Shown here one piece after another: positions 27,592 to 34,253 of a stretch of 34,253 nt of DNA; position 1 is the stretch's first letter, and every line of letters begins with the position of its first letter. Source of the stretch: Candidatus Zambryskibacteria bacterium RIFCSPLOWO2_01_FULL_35_19 (GTDB lineage: Bacteria > Patescibacteriota > Minisyncoccia > Phycocordibacterales > WO2-35-19); assembly GCA_001825335.1 (NCBI GenBank), contig MHWA01000006.1, positions 4,368-38,620 on the forward strand. Direction: 5' to 3'. A program made the translations under genes and the position numbers. The notes under the pieces were generated by a model. The model made no database searches. It had not been told where the DNA came from and worked only from the letters and a program-made list of their open reading frames with translations.

Positions 27592-29151
27592 TTATTTATT
27601 AAAAATAAAAAATTTATAAAGCAGGAAATTTTGGATCATCACAAAAAATCCAGCAATAATTTGAGCTAAAATATACCATATACCAAACACATCAACACAA
27701 ACAAACATTATAACGGTATTGGTAATAATTCCTAAAACAGCTACTATAAAAAACTTTGAAAACTGGTAATGCACACCACTGGTTTTCATATCTTTAAAAA
27801 CTACAAATTTCTGTAATGAAAAACTTACAATTAAAGAAATAACAAAAGATAGGATAGAAGAATACAAATACCAAATACCGACAATATCGGTAAATATGTA
27901 AAGCAACCCTATGTTGGTAGTTGCTGCTGTAATACCACATATAAAATAACGCACAAAAATTATTGACCGCCAAATAGTCAATTTAAAATTAATAATTCTG
28001 GAAATAAAATTTCTTTGTTTTAAATTTTCAGAAGTTTTTAAAATAGAGTCGGCATATTTTTTAAAATAATCATCTAATGTTGCCAAATGCTTTTGAGCTA
28101 CCTCTTTAGCCACTTCTCCCATTTTTTCTCTCAAGCCCTGATCTTCATAAATTTTCAAAATACTTTGAGTAAAACATTTTTCATCTTTGGCATCACAAAT
28201 AAAAGCGCTCCTTTGATCTTTTCCGCCAGAGGCGGATCCGCCTACGGCGGAAAAAACTTCTCCAGCCACACCAGTATCAGACAATATTAAAGGTAAACCA
28301 CAAGAAGCCGCCTCTATAGTTGAAACACCATAACCCTCATAAAAAGAAGTAGAAACAAAAGCATCTGCCATTTGATAATAAGGGGTCAAATTATTTTGCC
28401 AACCAGCAAAATATATTTGTTCAAAAATACCCATATTTTGAGCCATTTTTTCAAGACGATTTCTTTCCGAACCATCTCCCACCAAACAAAGTCCCATATC
28501 TTTATTATTTAAATTTTTAAGCACTTTTAAAACCATCTCTATATTTTTTTCTTTTTCCAATCGACAAACCATAATCAGCATAAAAGGAAAAAGCTTTTTT
28601 ATTTCCAAGGACTGTCCTTGGAAAATTTCCATTTTTATAGGCAAAACATCAATATTTTTAGAGTAAGATTCTATTGATTTTTTTATTCTTTCTGAAACCA
28701 CTCTTACCCTATCAGAATATTTCAAAACAAATTCAGCCATCAAAAACCTAATTTTGTTTAGCATTGACGATTCTCTAAAATACTTGTGAGCAAAATCCGT
28801 ATGCACTTGAATATGTAGTGGCAAATTATAAAAAAGTTTTATCAAAGCGCCCACGATACCCGTCTCAAACGGGTCTTGGCATGTTATAACAACATTATTT
28901 TTACCTATTTTCTTTAATATTTTTGCAATTATTTTTATAAAATCAAAAACGTAAAATGCTCTTATTTTTGATTTACTTGGATACAAAAATACGTTGCGCG
29001 AAAGAGTTTGATTTTCAAATTTTGAATCATTTGGAGTAAAAACAACCAGATGCAATTGGTCAAACATTTTTCCATATTCAATCATCCTCTGTCTGACAGC
29101 TGAGTTTTCTTCAAATATTTTTTGACCCATTCCTATAGATATGACTTTCAT
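27592..29151 (-). CDS. GT4 glycosyltransferase fused to a C-terminal GtrA-like domain
   Basis: RLEKEK and EGYG...IEAA..G motifs, then a ~125-aa four-TM domain (RYFICG...K..VF...NFLLYKFFIF). Confidence 0.85.
   Translation of the reverse strand: MKVISIGMGQKIFEENSAVRQRMIEYGKMFDQLHLVVFTPNDSKFENQTLSRNVFLYPSKSKIRAFYVFDFIKIIAKILKKIGKNNVVITCQDPFETGIVGALIKLFYNLPLHIQVHTDFAHKYFRESSMLNKIRFLMAEFVLKYSDRVRVVSERIKKSIESYSKNIDVLPIKMEIFQGQSLEIKKLFPFMLIMVCRLEKEKNIEMVLKVLKNLNNKDMGLCLVGDGSERNRLEKMAQNMGIFEQIYFAGWQNNLTPYYQMADAFVSTSFYEGYGVSTIEAASCGLPLILSDTGVAGEVFSAVGGSASGGKDQRSAFICDAKDEKCFTQSILKIYEDQGLREKMGEVAKEVAQKHLATLDDYFKKYADSILKTSENLKQRNFISRIINFKLTIWRSIIFVRYFICGITAATTNIGLLYIFTDIVGIWYLYSSILSFVISLIVSFSLQKFVVFKDMKTSGVHYQFSKFFIVAVLGIITNTVIMFVCVDVFGIWYILAQIIAGFFVMIQNFLLYKFFIFNK
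28222..28251. repeat. Tandem GC-rich palindrome inserted in frame
   Basis: TCCGCC-AGA-GGCGGA + TCCGCC-TAC-GGCGGA; encodes SAVGGSASGG inside the GT4 domain. Confidence 0.8.
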
Positions 29152-29229
29152 CCCGTTAGAAATTTAACTTTTAAAAATTTGTTATTTAATTTTAAGTATA
29201 GTGAGTATATCATGATATTTCTAACGGGA
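29151..29229. mobile_element. MITE-like element, 79 bp
   Basis: 13-bp perfect terminal IR TCCCGTTAGAAAT/ATTTCTAACGGGA flanked by TTCA direct repeats (29147-50, 29230-33). Confidence 0.6.
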
Positions 29230-30234
29230 TTCAATATTTTTATAGACTTCTATAAACTCTCCTGCTATTTCATCCCAAGTGTGAACAAAATTAAAATTTT
29301 TGACTTTTTCTTTAGCTTTTTTATAACCTTCTTCTGTTAATAATGTTAAAATAGCATCTTCTATCTCTTTTTCTTTTAGCGGATCAACAAAAGTACCAGC
29401 ATCCTTAATCTTATCGTATATTCCTACCTCTTTGGTACAAATAAAGGGTCTATTTAATCTTATGGCATCTAGTATCATATTAGGACTTATGTCCCCCAAA
29501 GAGACCAAAATTACCGCGAAACAGCCTTTCATTTTTTCCATAAATTGCATATAGGACAAATTATCTTTAAACAAAGCCACTTCTGGACTTTTTAGTTTAA
29601 TCTTATTAAAAACTGCCTCCAAAATATCAAAATTTTTCCACACCAAATTACGAGCTGAAGCCACAAATTCTTTAGATTCATAATTTTCGTTTGATTCTTT
29701 GGGTCCATAAAAATTTTCCACTATACTGGTTTTTTCTTTATTTAAAACATATGCTCTGACAAAAATATTTCTTTGCCACTCCGTAGAAAATATAATATGA
29801 GACACATTTTTTAATGTCCATTTGGTTACTAAAAATATTATTTTTTCTTTTAACGAAAAACTTTGCTTTTCTGTATTATAAAAATTTTTAAACAAAACTT
29901 TTTTATTATGCCTTTCACAATACTGTTCCCAAAGAAAATCTCCCCCGGTCCTAATAATATTTTTTTTAAAAAACAATCTAGAGGCAAAAGCCGTAGGAAA
30001 TCCAACCCCATAAGTATCTAGTGCAATCACAACATCTGCTCTAATTAATTTAGGTATTATTTTTAAAAAAAAGAAAATATGTCTTATCCCTGTTGGGATT
30101 CTGTTCTCAATAGTAAATGTTTTTACTGAAACAGAATTACCCATTTTCTCAAATGCTTCCTTCAAATTTTTAGCGTATTGAGCTGGGCCGCCAATTTTAG
30201 GTGGATATATTCCTGTAGTGATTAAAATTTTCAT
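29221..30234 (-). CDS. Glycosyltransferase family 4
   Basis: YPP.IGGPA N-terminus; DISPNMILDA variant of EX7E. Confidence 0.85.
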   Translation of the reverse strand: MKILITTGIYPPKIGGPAQYAKNLKEAFEKMGNSVSVKTFTIENRIPTGIRHIFFFLKIIPKLIRADVVIALDTYGVGFPTAFASRLFFKKNIIRTGGDFLWEQYCERHNKKVLFKNFYNTEKQSFSLKEKIIFLVTKWTLKNVSHIIFSTEWQRNIFVRAYVLNKEKTSIVENFYGPKESNENYESKEFVASARNLVWKNFDILEAVFNKIKLKSPEVALFKDNLSYMQFMEKMKGCFAVILVSLGDISPNMILDAIRLNRPFICTKEVGIYDKIKDAGTFVDPLKEKEIEDAILTLLTEEGYKKAKEKVKNFNFVHTWDEIAGEFIEVYKNIESR

Positions 30235-31460
30235 TTTATTTGATTTAGCGAAATCATGTCGTGCGATACGTCCTTTGGAGCACGATTTATATCAAATACT
30301 TCATTCATCTCTCTTGCTATCAAATCCCAATCATATTTTTCTTTTACCATATTATATGCATTTTCTACAACAGAATTTTTCTGTAAATCACCCATCACTC
30401 TTTTTACGGCTTCAGCAATACTTTCTGGATTTTCGGGCTGACAAAAATATCCAGTTTGATTATCTGTGTCATCCTCAAAAAACGGGTCATGTAAAAAATC
30501 AACAATACCCCCAACCGGTGTAGCAATAACGGGCAATTTACAAGCCATAGCTTCAAGAAAAGATATACCTTGTCCTTCTGACCGCGAGGTTCTAATAAAA
30601 ATATCTGATGCTTTTAAATATTTGTTCAACACCGGGTGTTCAACAAAACCTTTAAAAATAATTCTGTTTGAAACATTTAATTTTATAGCCAATTCTTTTA
30701 ACTCTTTTTCCAAATAACCTTCTCCCAAAATAACAAACTTAATATTTTTTGGTAATTTTGGTAAAGCTTTAATAACATCCCCCACTCCGTTTTTTAAAAC
30801 CAGCCGAGAAGTAGTGATCAATCCAATATCTTTTTCTTCTAATCCAATTTCTTTTCTAATCTTCTGCCTCTCCTCTTTTGAAAATTGAGAATTAAAAATT
30901 GAAAATTTTTCAATATCTACCCCATTTGGAATTATTTTTATATCCCCTTTATATCCAAATTTTTTTGCCCTTTCGGCCAAATAAGAACTGATTGCTACTA
31001 CCAAACTTGACCTCTTCAGAGCAAGTTTCCAAGAGAGGTTTATCAAACCAAACCACCTATTTTGAAAATGCTCTTCCGAATCGCCTTCCTGTAAATTTAA
31101 AATTATTGGAACTTTTTTGCTACTTATAATATTGGAGATATAAGCTGCCCCACTGGCAAAAGTAACCATCACGCAAAAATAATATTTGTAATTATTTTTA
31201 TTATTAAGAGAAATAGTTTTGATAGCACCCCAAAAAGGTAGTAGCAATTTATCTAAAGTTTTAAAACCAAAACCAACACGATAAACATTTACATTTCCAA
31301 TTTTTTCATTTTTAGGCAATTTAAAGTCAAATCTGCTAGTTATGATGTCAAAATCTACTCCAGAAATTCTATCCGTAATTTCTTTGATAGCCACCTCTGC
31401 CCCACCTACAAAAGGCAAATAAGAGGTAGAGAATATGAGTATTTTATTGGAATTTTCCAC
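30231..31460 (-). CDS. Glycosyltransferase family 4
   Basis: YLP.VGGAE, IPNGVD, SRLV.KNG and SEGQGISFLEAMA motifs. Confidence 0.93.
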   Translation of the reverse strand: MENSNKILIFSTSYLPFVGGAEVAIKEITDRISGVDFDIITSRFDFKLPKNEKIGNVNVYRVGFGFKTLDKLLLPFWGAIKTISLNNKNNYKYYFCVMVTFASGAAYISNIISSKKVPIILNLQEGDSEEHFQNRWFGLINLSWKLALKRSSLVVAISSYLAERAKKFGYKGDIKIIPNGVDIEKFSIFNSQFSKEERQKIRKEIGLEEKDIGLITTSRLVLKNGVGDVIKALPKLPKNIKFVILGEGYLEKELKELAIKLNVSNRIIFKGFVEHPVLNKYLKASDIFIRTSRSEGQGISFLEAMACKLPVIATPVGGIVDFLHDPFFEDDTDNQTGYFCQPENPESIAEAVKRVMGDLQKNSVVENAYNMVKEKYDWDLIAREMNEVFDINRAPKDVSHDMISLNQIK

Positions 31461-31505
31461 CTCTTTATAGTATCAAAAATCCTTATTTTTAACCACATTG
31501 TTGAA

Positions 31506-31757
31506 CTATTTTTTATAATGATTTGTTATTTGAAAGACTTCAATTATTTCTCCCTTAGCAACAAAACACAGAGCACGATACTTTTTATCAATACGAAAAG
31601 AAAAAATCCCTCTCCATTTGGGTTGTAATAATTCAAACTTGATAGATGGGTGCCTATGATCTTGAACAAATAAAGTTGATACCTTGACCCATTTGCGTAT
31701 TAAATTACGTTTCTTAAGATATAAAAGAAGGTCAGCTCTCAATGGTTTGAGCAACAT
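31506..31757 (-). CDS. RelE/ParE/HigB-like toxin
   Basis: 83 aa, basic, HPS..F..L...G.FSFRI..KYR and C-terminal NHY pattern of RelE-superfamily toxins. Confidence 0.7.
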   Translation of the reverse strand: MLLKPLRADLLLYLKKRNLIRKWVKVSTLFVQDHRHPSIKFELLQPKWRGIFSFRIDKKYRALCFVAKGEIIEVFQITNHYKK

Positions 31758-31759
31758 GA

Positions 31760-31969
31760 TTATTTACCATAAGAAGATTTTCGTAAACCATTTTCTAAAT
31801 CAGATAAAAAATTCTTTGTATACAAACCAGTTTTTTTAAAATCAATTATTACATCTTCTATTGAATCCTTTACAATAGCAGCAAAAAGTCTGCCAGCTAT
31901 TTTTTTATAAGCTTGCGATTGTTTTTTTAGTTGACTATATTCTTTTTTAGGAATTGTTATTTGACTCAT
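31760..31969 (-). CDS. Putative antitoxin
   Basis: 69-aa ORF (ITIPKKEY..L) ending 2 nt before the toxin, with its own -10 element. Confidence 0.55.
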   Translation of the reverse strand: MSQITIPKKEYSQLKKQSQAYKKIAGRLFAAIVKDSIEDVIIDFKKTGLYTKNFLSDLENGLRKSSYGK

Positions 31970-31990
31970 ATTTTATATCATATCATAAAA

Positions 31991-33835
31991 TTACTCTCCT
32001 TTCAATATCTTTCGGAGAACATCTTCTGGCACTTCGTTAGGAAGCTTAGAGGTTGGAGGTTGGAGGTTGGAGGATTTAGTTTTTTCTTTTGTTTTAGGTT
32101 CAATATCTCGTTTTTGAATATCTTCTTCTTTACTCTTCCTTACTACTGGCTGCTGACTACTTACTACTTGCTGGCTTTTAGCTTTTTGAATTGCCTCTTT
32201 TAAGGCGCTTATATTTTGAGGAGAAGGAGTTTTATTCCTATCTTTCTCTTTACGTCTTAATTCATCAAGCGAAATTGGTTTTACTTCTGATTTAATATTA
32301 TTAAAATTTACAGTTTTTATTATTTCTTTTTTTGGTTCCTGTTTTTTCCATAATTCTTTTTTTTCTTTTACTGCCTCCCCTATTGCTTTAGCTAAATTAT
32401 TTTCCTCTTTTTTTGTTTCTTCTTTTTTAAATTGAGACTCTTTTTTAATTTCTATTTGCTCAAATCTTGGCTTTTGTTTAGGTTGTTCAATTTTTGTTTT
32501 CACTTTTGGTTCTATATATTTGGGACTACTAGCTACTATTTTTTGTTCAGGCATATGCCATTCTTTCACTTCTTTTTCTACTTCTTCTTTAGAACGAGTA
32601 TAATTTTTCCTAGACATTTTTAAAGCTTCATTTCTAAAAGAAATTTCAGGTTTTGGAAACGGTGGCAAAGTGGTGGCCGAAAACGGCTGACTAGCTACTC
32701 CGTCTATCATCAATTTCAAATAAATTTGAACAAATCCCAAATTAACAATATCTTCCATAGTAAACACTGGAGCAAATTCCTTTTCTAAAATTTCAGCATC
32801 AAATGAGCCAACTCGAAAAGAAATCATAGTGCCGACGTTCCCAAAAACTGCCGCCCTTACCTCTTCGGCCATTTGTTCTATATATTGATGAGTTATATTT
32901 AAACTTAATTTATATTTTCTAGCTTCAGACAAAATATCGGCAAAACTTTTGTTAGCAAAAGATTGAAACTCATCTACGTAAAGATAAAAGTTAGGAAGTT
33001 TTTTGAGCTCTTTTGGATCAGCGTCCGCTCGTGACATAGCCGCAAGATATATTTTAGTTACAATCATTGAACCCAAAAGATTGGCGTTATTCTCTCCCAC
33101 CAAACCTTTTGATAAATTCACAATAAAAATCTTTTTTTTATCCATTATTTCTCTAATATCAAAGGTAGATTTAGATTGACCAACAATATTTCTTATGAGC
33201 GGATTAGAGACAAATTGTCCAACCTTGTTTTGAATGGCCGGCGTGGCTTCAGCTGCATATTTATCAGTATATTTGGCAAATTCATCAGTCCAAAAAGCTT
33301 TTGTTGTGGGGTCTTTAACATTGTCTACTACTTTATTACGATAAAGTTTATCGGTAAGCATTCTGTTTATACTAAGCATTGTTGCTCCCGGATATTCAAG
33401 TAGAGCTGCCAAAGTATTTTGTAAAATGTAAGCCATCCTAGAAGACCATTGGTCCTCCCATATTTTTTCAAACGCACTCATAAGCCCCGATACTACCAAG
33501 TGCCTTCTCTCTGGCCCAACATCTTCCATAACATTAAAAGAGATTGGATATTCTGTATCAAAAGGAGCAAAATAGATAACGTCTTTGAGGCGATGCTCTG
33601 GTATATAGTCGAGCAATAAATCAGCCGTCTTACCATGCGGATCAAGAAAGGCCATTCCTTCTCCATTTTGGATATCTTGAATGGCCATATTTTCTAACAT
33701 AGTTGATTTACCCATACCAGTCTTACCGATAGAATAAATATGACGGAGCCGATCTTCGGCTTTAATACCAAACTTTACCCTTTTGTTTCTAGCATCTGTT
33801 TCTGCGAAATATGTAATAGAGTTATTATCCATCAT
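31991..33835 (-). CDS. TraG/VirD4/HerA-like P-loop ATPase with low-complexity C-terminal tail
   Basis: Walker A GKTGMGKS, DPHG, Walker B LYVDEFQ, LSEARKY and HQY..Q motifs; K/E/Q/P-rich last ~190 aa. Start is probably ATG 33835 or 33832. Confidence 0.88.
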   Translation of the reverse strand: MMDNNSITYFAETDARNKRVKFGIKAEDRLRHIYSIGKTGMGKSTMLENMAIQDIQNGEGMAFLDPHGKTADLLLDYIPEHRLKDVIYFAPFDTEYPISFNVMEDVGPERRHLVVSGLMSAFEKIWEDQWSSRMAYILQNTLAALLEYPGATMLSINRMLTDKLYRNKVVDNVKDPTTKAFWTDEFAKYTDKYAAEATPAIQNKVGQFVSNPLIRNIVGQSKSTFDIREIMDKKKIFIVNLSKGLVGENNANLLGSMIVTKIYLAAMSRADADPKELKKLPNFYLYVDEFQSFANKSFADILSEARKYKLSLNITHQYIEQMAEEVRAAVFGNVGTMISFRVGSFDAEILEKEFAPVFTMEDIVNLGFVQIYLKLMIDGVASQPFSATTLPPFPKPEISFRNEALKMSRKNYTRSKEEVEKEVKEWHMPEQKIVASSPKYIEPKVKTKIEQPKQKPRFEQIEIKKESQFKKEETKKEENNLAKAIGEAVKEKKELWKKQEPKKEIIKTVNFNNIKSEVKPISLDELRRKEKDRNKTPSPQNISALKEAIQKAKSQQVVSSQQPVVRKSKEEDIQKRDIEPKTKEKTKSSNLQPPTSKLPNEVPEDVLRKILKGE

Positions 33836-33854
33836 CAAATATTATAACATTCTT

Positions 33855-33941
33855 GCAAATAAAAATCAGAAAACAACTTTGCCAAGAGCCCAAACCTTTA
33901 TGACCTAACGCAGGCAAAGTTCGTTTTTGATTTTTATTTGC
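33855..33941. repeat. Long hairpin element with conserved 29-nt loop, copy C
   Basis: 29-nt arms (33855-33883/33913-33941; 28 bp plus one bulged base per arm) around AAGAGCCCAAACCTTTATGACCTAACGCA. Confidence 0.9.
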
Positions 33942-33945
33942 TACA

Positions 33946-34251
33946 TTATTTTGGTAGCAACGCTTCCCGAGTATATGTATTAGCTGGGTCCCAAAGCATC
34001 CAGCTAGTCAACCCCGTATCATAAGTAGCTTGTATTTGGGCACGAACCATTTCTTTAGTGTAATGGACAGGATAATCAAAATCTTGAAGCCACGGCCGTA
34101 ACTGTTTTGGACCTAACCTATTTAATAAAGATGAATCTGGTGTTGAACTTGCCATTTCTTCTTTCAAAAAATTGACTCTGGCTACCGCACTATCCATACT
34201 AAATTTTATAATTTCGTAAGGCACTTTGTTTGGGTCAGGCCAACCATTAAA
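33946..34251 (-). CDS. Putative glycoside hydrolase (DUF4015-like), C-terminal part; 5'-partial
   Basis: LRPWLQDF...Y....VRAQIQA..D.G...WMLWDP.N.Y pattern; the frame stays open to the window edge (FNGWPDPNKVPYE...). Confidence 0.75.
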   Translation of the reverse strand, partial: FNGWPDPNKVPYEIIKFSMDSAVARVNFLKEEMASSTPDSSLLNRLGPKQLRPWLQDFDYPVHYTKEMVRAQIQATYDTGLTSWMLWDPANTYTREALLPK

Positions 34252-34253
34252 GG

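Noticed and set aside
30259-30285. TCGTGC...GCACGA inverted repeat near the 3' end of a GT4 gene
   Set aside because: Only a 6-bp stem and a single occurrence; cannot be distinguished from chance.
6050-33403. Numerous short ORFs nested in or antisense to the long genes (e.g. 6050-6478, 23046-23405, 25685-26095, 31931-32203)
   Set aside because: They overlap well-supported CDSs and lack motifs or expression signals.

Overview
AT-rich bacterial chromosomal window. Gene content (SecA, VirD4/TraG-like ATPase, O-antigen-ligase/TPR protein, DUF4015-like hydrolase, tiny Lys-rich protein, DGR) suggests Patescibacteria/CPR (Parcubacteria-like); this is an inference. (1) 1-1660 is a diversity-generating retroelement: a 126-bp template repeat (430-555) and a variable repeat (969-1094) at the 3' end of a ~201-aa target gene differ at 9 positions, all TR adenines. 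An Avd-like gene lies on the opposite strand, and no reverse transcriptase is in the window. (2) secA is followed by an unannotated 34-aa histone-H1-like ORF and a non-coding region (4400-5107) that appears to hold two small RNA genes with mutual complementarity. (3) That region also holds two copies of an element I do not recognise: a conserved 29-nt loop closed by a long stem whose sequence differs between copies. A third copy lies 29 kb away (33855-33941). (4) 5108-31460 is a ~26-kb cell-surface glycosylation locus (GT4, GT2, GT-C, flippase, methyltransferases, AsnB) that includes an unusual DprE1-like oxidase/class-III aminotransferase fusion. (5) The right end has a RelE-type toxin-antitoxin pair, a VirD4/TraG-like ATPase and a partial glycoside hydrolase. 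All alignments and folds were done by eye; no searches were run.
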